From NCBI GenBank assembly GCA_035517955.1, contig DATIYC010000066.1:1-58690 (forward strand): 58,690 nucleotides of DNA. Direction: 5' to 3'. Source of the stretch: Candidatus Acidiferrales bacterium (lineage in GTDB: Archaea > Thermoproteota > Bathyarchaeia > 40CM-2-53-6). The notes under the pieces are model-generated. The model ran no database searches and had not been told where the DNA came from. It saw only the letters and a program-made list of their open reading frames with translations. Of the stretch, positions 16,704 to 25,142 are shown one piece after another. The first letter of the stretch is position 1, and each line of letters opens with the position of its first letter. The translations under genes were made by a program, and so were the position numbers.

Positions 16704-19613
16704 CTAGAACTTCCGCTTTAATCGCTCAACCACTTCCAATCCCGGCATAAGGCTGCTGGCGCAAAGCGCTACCAGCACAAGGCCGGAGCTCACAAGCATC
16801 ATAGCGATGGGCACGACAAACAATTCCGCAAGGACGAAACCTGACAATAACACCGCAAAGGCAGCTCCGAATAGTAGAATCGCTGTACGCCTTATTCGAC
16901 CATTGATTCTGCGTCTCACCAGCCACAACGTAACGAGTGAAGGAAGCGCCAGGTAAACGAGGCCGATTACAGATCCCGCCAGCAATCCAGATACCAAGGC
17001 TGCCAGCTCTGGCTCAAACCCTAGAAGAGAGAACGTTGATGATGATAATTGCAGGATTTCGATTAGCGGCATAAGTACGACCTTTGCAATTCCACGTGCT
17101 GCAGGGTTAGTGTTTTCGTACATTGCGACGCTTGGGCTGAAGGAGTAATACCATGCGTTGAAAGCAATCATGAAGTTTGTGCCCGCAAATGTATGGGTGA
17201 TCTGTTGGTCGCGGAAGATCTTTAGGAATTGGACCTGTGGGGCTAACTCAGACCCATACGTGGCAGTTGCGATGAAGCATTCCGAAACCCGCAGTGTGAT
17301 TGTCGCTTGGTGAGTACGTGATGGTGTGGTGCTTGTACCCGTTATGGTGAGCTGGTATGTGCCTACGGTATTCTTCTGTGCGGTTATTTCCATGGTCGTC
17401 TGCGCGGTTCCACCGTTTGGCGATGGGGTCAACACGGTCGGAGTAAATGTCACTGTGAGCCCGTCGTTCGGGGGGGAGAAGGCTCCGCTTAGGCTAACGT
17501 TTCCATTGAAGTAACCGACCGAGGAGACTGTCAATGTAACGTCTGTCCTTGAACCTTGAACTAGAGGTACCTGAGTAACTGGTGCGGTGATGTTGAAATC
17601 ACGAAGCAACTCAGTTATCGTTAAGACTGGCGCTACAGTGTGCGCTAGTCCGGTGCTAGTCCTCCCAAGAACAGTGATCGTGTAGGTTCCGCCGGGAGAG
17701 TTCACGTCAGTGAAAATGTTGAGGGTTGAGTTGTATGTTGGCGTTCCATCGGTTTTAGTTAATGAATAGCTTGACCCTGTTGGAAGTCCGGAAACTGTTA
17801 AGTTGACTGGTTGTGGCGTTCCACTAGCTAGTGCTACGTCCAAGCCGAAAGAGGCTGAGCCGCCTTGGGGTACTGTGGCACTGGTTGGTCCTTGGATGCT
17901 CATCGTGAAATCAAAAGGAATTGGCTGCGGAGCTTGAATGTTGAGAAGTACAGTTGCAGTTACAACTTGCTGTCCGCTAGTTGCTTTAATGGCCAATGGA
18001 AAACTGCCAGTAGGTGTTGAGTTCGTAGTCGTAAGAGTGAGTGTTGACTGAAACGGTGGGTTTTGAGATTGTGGACTGAAAACAGCGGTAACGCCTGTGG
18101 CTGGGTTTACTAAGCTAAGTTGAACCGGGAGCGGAGCTCCTCCTAGGAGCGTGACATTCACAGAAAAAGTCGCAGTTTGACCAGGATTAATGGTTCTTGT
18201 GCTTGGGGTAGCTGAGACTTGGAAAACATACGGCACGCTTAATCGCGCAATCCGGTTGACCGTGACATTGTTTTCAGGGAACCAGACATTTTCTGTTGGG
18301 TCGACCGCGATGTAGGTTGGGCGAGCTGTCGAGTTAGGCAATCCATATTCCGTGATGCCGTTTATGGGTCCCTGTCGAACAGTCACGGTTACGGGAGTTG
18401 AAGGATTCTCGATCGCCGACTGCATTCCAGGCTTAGTAGTTGTGGAACTGATTATGCTAGTAGTTCTGATAGACGGAGACGGACAACTCGGGGTTCCAAT
18501 TTGAGGTAGAATTGTACAATAACTTGGAGTCATCAGTTGGCCTGCAAAAATGTTTGTGGTGTTTAGGTTCGCTATGCTGCCTACACCGTTCTCGGCGAAC
18601 CACGCCGCACTTCTTTGCGAGTCGAAGACGACTCCCATTGGATTCGCAGCATTTGTCGGTATAACGGCTTCTTGGTAGAGCGAACCTCCTCCTGTATCAT
18701 TCCCTAGTACCGAAATTTTGTTGTTCGCGTCTGTAACGATCGCTACTGGAAGTGACTGGTAAGTTCCGATGGTTATGTCGTTCGGTTGATATTGTCCTAG
18801 TCCCAATGAGTTTAGATCCCAAAGGGTTAGGCGGCTGCTATTCACCTCTAGTCGGCCAATCTTGCCACCTAAACTCTCTGTGAACCAAACAAACCTGTTG
18901 GTATAGGATGACGTTTGGACAACTTGAACGTATATTCCCCAAGGCTTCAGCAAAGGCGTGCCCGCTGTCGAAGTGGCACCTGGAAGTACCCACTCAGTCA
19001 AATTGCCAGTACTTGTCTTGAGTCTTCCAATCACGTCTCTTCCGGATTCTGTAAACCAGATATCATTATTGTCGTCAACATAAATGCCAACAGGGTGGCT
19101 TCCGGTTGGGAGAACCCATTCGGTTAGGTTGTTTGTCGAGGAATCGAATCTGGCAATTTTGCTTGAGGCGTATTCTGTGAAGAAGACCTGGGTTACTTGT
19201 ACATTTGACACGGTGACAAGTTTCGTGAAAACATTGTATGGATGGCTATTCGGGGTTGTGATGTTCCATTCGGTGAAATTGTTGGTCGAGGGATCAAACA
19301 TGGCAAGTTTGTTCGTTGCGTTTTCTGTCATCCACACATTGCCTATGGTATCCGCTGCCATACCGTAAACACTAGAGTTCACTGTGGGTATCCCCCACTC
19401 AGTGAATGCGAATTTGGAGATTGGAGTTACAGCATCCACTTGTACGCTTGAGGCAACCGGACCGGTTGTTGCGAATACATGCGGGAAGGGGAGGAAAGCG
19501 GAAAAGAGTGCCATAACAATCAGGATGGCAACTCTGGACAGGCTCATTACGGGGTAGCCACTAGACCTTTCCACGAACATTGTGCCGCACTCGGTTGGCC
19601 TCATGCGGTCCAA
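16704..19613 (-). CDS. Large secreted/anchored surface protein: Vgb-like beta-propeller repeats, Ig-like repeats, Cys motif and a multi-TM C-terminus
   Basis: 969 aa. The signal-like N-terminus starts at M23 (alternative start 19547). It has recurring N(N/G)xTEW...W(F/M)TE repeats and four PT/ST-rich Ig-like modules. These are followed by ECFIATATYGSELAPQVQFL and then 3-4 hydrophobic helices. Confidence 0.8.
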   Translation of the reverse strand: MDRMRPTECGTMFVERSSGYPVMSLSRVAILIVMALFSAFLPFPHVFATTGPVASSVQVDAVTPISKFAFTEWGIPTVNSSVYGMAADTIGNVWMTENATNKLAMFDPSTNNFTEWNITTPNSHPYNVFTKLVTVSNVQVTQVFFTEYASSKIARFDSSTNNLTEWVLPTGSHPVGIYVDDNNDIWFTESGRDVIGRLKTSTGNLTEWVLPGATSTAGTPLLKPWGIYVQVVQTSSYTNRFVWFTESLGGKIGRLEVNSSRLTLWDLNSLGLGQYQPNDITIGTYQSLPVAIVTDANNKISVLGNDTGGGSLYQEAVIPTNAANPMGVVFDSQRSAAWFAENGVGSIANLNTTNIFAGQLMTPSYCTILPQIGTPSCPSPSIRTTSIISSTTTKPGMQSAIENPSTPVTVTVRQGPINGITEYGLPNSTARPTYIAVDPTENVWFPENNVTVNRIARLSVPYVFQVSATPSTRTINPGQTATFSVNVTLLGGAPLPVQLSLVNPATGVTAVFSPQSQNPPFQSTLTLTTTNSTPTGSFPLAIKATSGQQVVTATVLLNIQAPQPIPFDFTMSIQGPTSATVPQGGSASFGLDVALASGTPQPVNLTVSGLPTGSSYSLTKTDGTPTYNSTLNIFTDVNSPGGTYTITVLGRTSTGLAHTVAPVLTITELLRDFNITAPVTQVPLVQGSRTDVTLTVSSVGYFNGNVSLSGAFSPPNDGLTVTFTPTVLTPSPNGGTAQTTMEITAQKNTVGTYQLTITGTSTTPSRTHQATITLRVSECFIATATYGSELAPQVQFLKIFRDQQITHTFAGTNFMIAFNAWYYSFSPSVAMYENTNPAARGIAKVVLMPLIEILQLSSSTFSLLGFEPELAALVSGLLAGSVIGLVYLALPSLVTLWLVRRRINGRIRRTAILLFGAAFAVLLSGFVLAELFVVPIAMMLVSSGLVLVALCASSLMPGLEVVERLKRKF

Positions 19614-19735
19614 ATAAAAGCGTTTTCAAGTAAATCTGCGGCAAAACGTGCTGATTAACACTGTTAAAGCACACAATCCTGACACAAACGAGTGTCCCGT
19701 TCAGGCAGTTTTCGGGCATACGGTGCCAATGGAAT

Positions 19736-20101
19736 TTACGGCGATTCTCCTTGAAAACGCCTTTTTTCTCTCTTTTCTTCCTTACCTTCTAAGGTACGTC
19801 CGCATTTAGCGCAGAATTTGGCTTCGAGGAGGTTCTTGTGTTTGCATACTGGGCACGTGATGGACGGAGCAGCCATTAGAGCTGACTTTGCCCTTACGAA
19901 CACCACGTCGCCAATCCTCTCAATGTCCTCAAATGGAAGAAAGAACTCATCCTCTTCACTAAGCTCTATAAGTAAAGCCAATCGACCATCCTCGGACCAA
20001 GCTAAATCTTTCGTAACGCCCAACTTCTTCGCGTCGCCGTCGATTACCTCCCGCCCGATGACTTCTTCACGTCGCCGCCATTGTACCAAAGCTGACACCA
20101 T
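19736..20101 (-). CDS. PRC-barrel domain protein with C-terminal zinc ribbon
   Basis: 121 aa. A PRC-like core (VIGREVIDGDAKKLGVTKDLAW) is followed by CPVCKHKN....FCAKCG. Confidence 0.6.
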   Translation of the reverse strand: MVSALVQWRRREEVIGREVIDGDAKKLGVTKDLAWSEDGRLALLIELSEEDEFFLPFEDIERIGDVVFVRAKSALMAAPSITCPVCKHKNLLEAKFCAKCGRTLEGKEEKREKRRFQGESP

Positions 20102-20180
20102 CTCAGCTTTTTCTTAGAGCACAGTCTGTGTATTTAGCGTTGCATTATTCGCTGGAGCTCTAACTGAGATTGGGGTTGAG

Positions 20181-21239
20181 ATGAGGGTGCGTGCGGTGAC
20201 CGTACCGAGACAGATGGCTCAACGGGGAATTGAGACATTGCGAGAAATGGGACTCATCGACAAGTCACACCAACTGAAAAAACTCGAACGGAAAATTACG
20301 ATCCCAATTATCAGAGAACCATCTTCCGCCGAAACTCAGCTTCTAAGAACGAAGCTGGGCAATTTCGTAATCTCGGAGACAAATTTTGAATCAATTGTTT
20401 CCCGTCCAAAGAGAATCCAAGATGCAATTCAAACTTCTTCAACTCTCGCTTCCAAACTCCCGCGATCATTTGACTTGATTGGAGACATAGCGATAGTTGA
20501 AATCCCATCAGACTTGGATGCTCATTCTTCAGAAATAGGGAAAGCCATTCTTCAGCTAAGCCCGCATGTGCGCTTGGTACTTCGCAAGTGCAGCGACGTA
20601 ATGGGTACGTTTCGCACGCGCAAGTTTCAAGTCATTGCTGGAACAGGGACCACAGAAACGGTTCATCATGAATTCTCATGTCAATACAATCTAGACGTTG
20701 CCGAAGTGTACTTCAATCCTCGGCTATCCAATGAGCGAATGCGCGTCGCACGACAAGTTAAACCCAATGAGACCGTAGTGGACATGTTCGCAGGCGTTGG
20801 ACCTTACTCAGTTTTGACCGCGAAATCGCAACCAACGTCGAAAGTATTTTCGATAGATATCAATCCAACTGCGATCAAATACCTGAGACAAAACACCTTC
20901 GTAAATCGGGTTGCCGATCATGTGATTCCAATGCATGGAGACTCTAGAAAACTGTCAGTGAATGAAGTGCAAGGGATCGCTGATCGTGTCATAATGAACT
21001 TGCCTTCCGAAGCTGAAAACTACATTGACGCCGCGATTCGTACGCTAAAAAAGCGGGGAGGACGAATTCATTTCTACCAGTTCGTTGATAGAGAATCCCG
21101 CCTAGATTCCCTTCAGAATTCTTTCAAAGCCATTGTCGAAGCTCAGGATAGAAAAGTTGAGGCGTTCGAATTCTGTAACGTCATCAGGGAAATCTCCCCC
21201 GGAATCGTGCAGGTAGCTATTGACGCGTTAGTAAATTAG
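20181..21239 (+). CDS. trm5: tRNA (guanine37-N1)-methyltransferase Trm5 / Met-10+ family
   Basis: 352 aa with FDLIGDIAIVEIP, VVDMFAGVGPYS and NLP motifs. Confidence 0.8.
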   Translation: MRVRAVTVPRQMAQRGIETLREMGLIDKSHQLKKLERKITIPIIREPSSAETQLLRTKLGNFVISETNFESIVSRPKRIQDAIQTSSTLASKLPRSFDLIGDIAIVEIPSDLDAHSSEIGKAILQLSPHVRLVLRKCSDVMGTFRTRKFQVIAGTGTTETVHHEFSCQYNLDVAEVYFNPRLSNERMRVARQVKPNETVVDMFAGVGPYSVLTAKSQPTSKVFSIDINPTAIKYLRQNTFVNRVADHVIPMHGDSRKLSVNEVQGIADRVIMNLPSEAENYIDAAIRTLKKRGGRIHFYQFVDRESRLDSLQNSFKAIVEAQDRKVEAFEFCNVIREISPGIVQVAIDALVN

Positions 21240-21667
21240 ATACTGTCCTCGGCCGATATTCGAACCTTTAAGATACTTTTTGGAGAAGTCAAAGCGTTGA
21301 TCAGGCTCCTTTTGATATCCCTCGCCGCCTTGTTCGCGTGAACCATTATGGTTCTATTGGAAATAAATGACGACTTTCTTCCAACCATTTCGTTCCGGTC
21401 AATAAATCTGAGACCTGGGCTTCCGGAGCCTTGAATTACATCCGTAAGGCTTCCGGCTTCTAGAAGAATTGTGATCTGCGTTCCTTCATGCCTACAAAGA
21501 TTCTTGAAGTGGAGAGAGAAATCTGACGGCGCTCTAGTTGCATTCACACCAATCACGCAATCGCCTCGTCTCGATAGATTAGGGTCTCTTGTGATCTCGA
21601 AAGTCATTGAGTGGGTTCCTAAGATGTTTTGGTGACCGTACGCTACCAATTCTTCAACCATTTTCAA
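21236..21667 (-). CDS. DUF371 domain protein
   Basis: 143 aa with the pattern A.GH.NI.GTH..T.EIT.D..L...GDCVIGV. Confidence 0.65.
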   Translation of the reverse strand: MKMVEELVAYGHQNILGTHSMTFEITRDPNLSRRGDCVIGVNATRAPSDFSLHFKNLCRHEGTQITILLEAGSLTDVIQGSGSPGLRFIDRNEMVGRKSSFISNRTIMVHANKAARDIKRSLINALTSPKSILKVRISAEDSI

Positions 21668-21745
21668 CTAGAACTCACTCTCCCGTTTGAGAAAGTCGTA
21701 ACCACGTACTTGAATGCTTATTGATCTCGCTTGTTGGATTGAGCA

Positions 21746-22438
21746 TTGGGGAAATTGCGGAACTTCGCTGAGTTGAGACAGCAAGCAGTCAGAAGACTCA
21801 AGGATGAAGGGCTTCTGAAGGATCAAGGAATCATTCGTGCAATGGAAAAGGTACCTCGCGAAGAATTTCTCCCATATGAGTCAAAATCGTATGCTTACAT
21901 AGATTCTCCCATATCAATCGGTTGGGGGCAGACTACCAGTGCTCTCCACATGACAGCTCTCTTCTGCGAATATGGTAAAATTCGTGTTGGATTGCGAGTC
22001 CTAGAAGTTGGCGCAGGTTGCGGGTACATGAGTTGTGTTTACGCAGAAGTAGTGGCTCCCTCAGGAGAGCCTAGCAAGTCCCGGGGTCACGTTTGGGCGG
22101 CAGAAATCGTAAAGGAGTTGGCCGAGTTTGGAAAAGCAAATGTGGAACGATTAGGCTACGCGAATCGAGTGACGTTCGTTTCAGCCGATGCATCCGAGGG
22201 ATTGAAGGAATGGAGTCCGTATGACTTGATAATCGTGGCCAGCGCGTCTCCCGACATCCCTAACGAGATGACAAAACAACTGGCGCCAAGTGGCATACTC
22301 CTGATCCCTGTCGGCGGAGCCCATTTTTACCAAGAGCTAATTCGAATCACGAAAATGAGTGATGGAAGCCTGTCTAGAGAGAACCTAGGAGGAGTTGCCT
22401 TTGTTCCCCTCAGGGGAAAACGTGGATGGAAGAGTTAG
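21746..22438 (+). CDS. pcm: Protein-L-isoaspartate O-methyltransferase
   Basis: 230 aa with PREEFLP, ISIGWGQTTSALHM, VLEVGAGCGY and VPLRG. Confidence 0.85.
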   Translation: MGKLRNFAELRQQAVRRLKDEGLLKDQGIIRAMEKVPREEFLPYESKSYAYIDSPISIGWGQTTSALHMTALFCEYGKIRVGLRVLEVGAGCGYMSCVYAEVVAPSGEPSKSRGHVWAAEIVKELAEFGKANVERLGYANRVTFVSADASEGLKEWSPYDLIIVASASPDIPNEMTKQLAPSGILLIPVGGAHFYQELIRITKMSDGSLSRENLGGVAFVPLRGKRGWKS

Positions 22439-22468
22439 CCACGTGCGTTGTAGCGAGTTCCGATGCAC

Positions 22469-23521
22469 TTAACCGAGGAAGGAGTCCAAAGTACTCTTCG
22501 CGCTCGGTTGAGTCTTAGATGTCCTCATTTTGGAAACGGCTTTTCTAACGCGATCCTCTGAAAAGTCACGTTCTCCACAAAGGAAAGAGACGACTTGTTC
22601 CTCGTTCGGCTCAGACCACTTAAGTGAATAGTTAGAGGTTACTTCTGGCTGAACAAAGATTTTCCTGACCTGGGGAACTCCTGGAATTGTTATTTCCGGG
22701 TCACTGGTCATTATGCTCTCCAAGTTTCCATTCTCATGAAGCAGCTTCAAAGCGGTCTTTGGCCCAATGCCCTTTACACCGTCAGGATTGAAGTCGGTTC
22801 CAATCAATATTCCTAGATCAATTAGTTGTTCTCTGGTTAGAGACAACTCTTCCAGCACCTTAGCCAAATCGATAAGCTTCGGTTCAACCTCAACGTAAGT
22901 GTTCCTTCGTGGGAGTTTTCTTCGACCGGTTATCGCTAGGTTTTTGATCATTCTTGGTGTTCCGAAGAGTAGTGAGTCGTGATCCTGAGACGCAACAGCC
23001 CAGACGTCTCCTTTCGAAGCCATGAAGGAAGCCTGCGCTTCCCCCTCCGACGGTGCCTGTATCCACGCGATCCCTAACGAGTCGAGAAGCCTCTTTGAAT
23101 CGTCAACCATCAAGTCCTTAAGTGATGAAGTAGCCTGAGCATAGGTGCGTGCCTCCTCGAGTTTGCCTTCCCTCAGAGCCTGATCATATCTCACGGCCGC
23201 CTCTTGCTTGATTCTGCGGCGTCTATGAATCTCCATTTCCTTCAATTCAGGTGGTTTGCCATCGAACACAAATGCCAGTCTGATCCCTCGTTCTACAAGG
23301 TTAGATGTTCTGTAGAGGAGGCCGCTGAGGTGGCTTGTGATTCGTCCACTTTTGTCTTTTAGTGGTGTTCCATCGGGTTGGCGAATTATCGCTAAAAACT
23401 GGTATAGAGTATTGTACGCGTCCACTGCAAGAGTTTTGTTTGACAAGCTTTCTAGGGTGATCGTCTGTTCTGGAATGATATCTGCGAGGTCAACTCCCAA
23501 GTCGGTTCGCTCCAATGACAT
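22469..23521 (-). CDS. fen: Flap endonuclease 1
   Basis: 350 aa with an XPG-N/XPG-I pattern (AVDAYNTLYQFL, FVFDGKPPELK, APSEGEAQ, SQDHDSLLFG, GTDFNP.GVKGIGPKTA). Confidence 0.93.
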   Translation of the reverse strand: MSLERTDLGVDLADIIPEQTITLESLSNKTLAVDAYNTLYQFLAIIRQPDGTPLKDKSGRITSHLSGLLYRTSNLVERGIRLAFVFDGKPPELKEMEIHRRRRIKQEAAVRYDQALREGKLEEARTYAQATSSLKDLMVDDSKRLLDSLGIAWIQAPSEGEAQASFMASKGDVWAVASQDHDSLLFGTPRMIKNLAITGRRKLPRRNTYVEVEPKLIDLAKVLEELSLTREQLIDLGILIGTDFNPDGVKGIGPKTALKLLHENGNLESIMTSDPEITIPGVPQVRKIFVQPEVTSNYSLKWSEPNEEQVVSFLCGERDFSEDRVRKAVSKMRTSKTQPSAKSTLDSFLG

Positions 23522-23827
23522 CTAATAGTGCTAACTGCTGTTACAAAACATGTTCATCGGGCAGGCATTTATCTCAAGAATAGTATTCTTCTCTGCGACT
23601 TACGATTATCTCTCGCAGTTCCCCCTTCTCGAAAATTTTGATTATTCTCCACTTCCCGTGTACGTACCGTTGTTCTAGGATTGTAGCCCTGCGAACTTCA
23701 TGTTCAAGCCGCAATGTGTAGTCTACACAATTCGACAGCCTCCAACTTCTAGATTAGAAGTCTGAACTCTAGCGACGCAAACTCGGTCTTGTATCAGGAA
23801 CCTAGGGGGCAGTGATGTGATAGTGTA

Positions 23828-24283
23828 TTACGTGTCAGCGAAGGCCTCGTGGATCGTGCCCGCAGGTTCCTTTTCCTCTTGAGGCTCTGATTCGGACTCG
23901 GATTCTCGGTCTGCGATAGCGTATGATTCTGGTAGGGCTTGTGAGGCGAATAGGTTGACGAGTGTGTTCGGGCTCGCGTCACCGCTGAGCCTACCGATCT
24001 GTCCCTTCAAGTGACGCCACTTCAATTGTGTTCGTCCGCTCTTCGAGTTGTAGATTATCCCTAAAACATTTGAGACCCGCGTGAATCTAATTTCCCGTAT
24101 TTGTTGCATCGTCTCCTTATCTTCGGCCTCAACGTACATTGTACCCTTGTCAGAGGATCGCTCTGGGTAGATGGTTTCGTCTTGGTCGAGGTCGAGAGGA
24201 ATGTATGATTGGCAAGTGCTCATTATCATGAACCTTCTGAACCTATCGAGCTCGCAAACAGAATCTATTTTGACCAACGCCAT
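23828..24283 (-). CDS. Hypothetical protein with acidic SE-rich tail
   Basis: 151-aa ORF with no recognised family. The C-terminal ESESESEPQEEKE stretch is low complexity. Confidence 0.35.
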   Translation of the reverse strand: MALVKIDSVCELDRFRRFMIMSTCQSYIPLDLDQDETIYPERSSDKGTMYVEAEDKETMQQIREIRFTRVSNVLGIIYNSKSGRTQLKWRHLKGQIGRLSGDASPNTLVNLFASQALPESYAIADRESESESEPQEEKEPAGTIHEAFADT

Positions 24284-24444
24284 CCCATCCCACGGCGGGC
24301 TGCCGTGTTTTGACTTGCGAATTGGTAGTCTGCTGTTTGAATCTGTCGGTTGATTGAAATCGTTGAATTGTTGACAAGTTTAGCAATCAGCAATCAATTT
24401 ATAACTTGCCCTAGCCAGCCTGTGCAACCCTCAAGGTATTCGAA

Positions 24445-24645
24445 ATGAGCGCAATCACTACAAGTACAGAGAAAACCATCCGCATGCCCACTTGCACATG
24501 GTGCGCACGCACTATACTTCCCGGCGAAGGCGCAGTGAAGTTCCCTTGCCCAAGCTGCGGCGAGGTTACAATCTGGCGTTGCGAGAAATGCCGAATGTTT
24601 GGTCGCCCCTACCGCTGCATAAAATGCGGTTATACAGGACCCTAA
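24445..24645 (+). CDS. Double zinc-ribbon protein (COG2888/DUF1610-like) upstream of aEF-1beta
   Basis: 66 aa with CTWC...CPSCG...CEKC...CIKCG. Its position immediately upstream of aEF-1beta is the conserved archaeal arrangement. Confidence 0.7.
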   Translation: MSAITTSTEKTIRMPTCTWCARTILPGEGAVKFPCPSCGEVTIWRCEKCRMFGRPYRCIKCGYTGP

Positions 24646-24666
24646 GACAAACGTGGCTGAAGTTAG

Positions 24667-24936
24667 ATGGCGAAAGTGCTAGCTCTGATTAAGATATTCC
24701 CAAACGATGCCAACATTGATTTGAGTGCTCTCAAAACCAGAATCCAGTCAGCACTTCCGACTGGTTTCTCAGTGCAAAAGTTTGATGAAGAGCCGGTGGC
24801 CTTCGGATTGGTTGCACTAATCGCTCATGTGGTCATGCCCGAGGACGCTGAAGGAGTAATGGACAAAGCTGAGGTTGCCATTCGAGGCGTGGATCAAGTC
24901 AGTGAGATTGAGGTTCTTAGGGTCGGAAGATTCTAA
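24667..24936 (+). CDS. Translation elongation factor aEF-1 beta
   Basis: 89 aa with P.D.......L...I...LP.G......EEPVAFGL.AL...V...D.EG..D..E. Confidence 0.85.
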   Translation: MAKVLALIKIFPNDANIDLSALKTRIQSALPTGFSVQKFDEEPVAFGLVALIAHVVMPEDAEGVMDKAEVAIRGVDQVSEIEVLRVGRF

Positions 24937-24938
24937 CC

Positions 24939-24988
24939 TGTTACTTCCGGTAACACTTAAATCGGCGTTCTGTTACTTCTAGTAACAG
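24939..24988. promoter_or_regulatory. Two tandem TGTTAC-N5-GTAACA palindromes between aEF-1beta and cdc48
   Basis: TGTTACTTCCGGTAACA lies at 24939-24955 and CTGTTACTTCTAGTAACAG at 24970-24988. The centres are 32 bp apart. Confidence 0.45.
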
Positions 24989-25142
24989 ACGTGTGGAAAA
25001 GAAAGATGCATTGCGCCACAATGACGCACATGGAATCAACAGAAAATAGGAGAAGAAGACAATCTGACGGAAGGAACTTTAATAGCCGCAACTACCGACA
25101 GAACCCCTGTACGACCCGCATACCATTCGGTGGAGCCTGATT

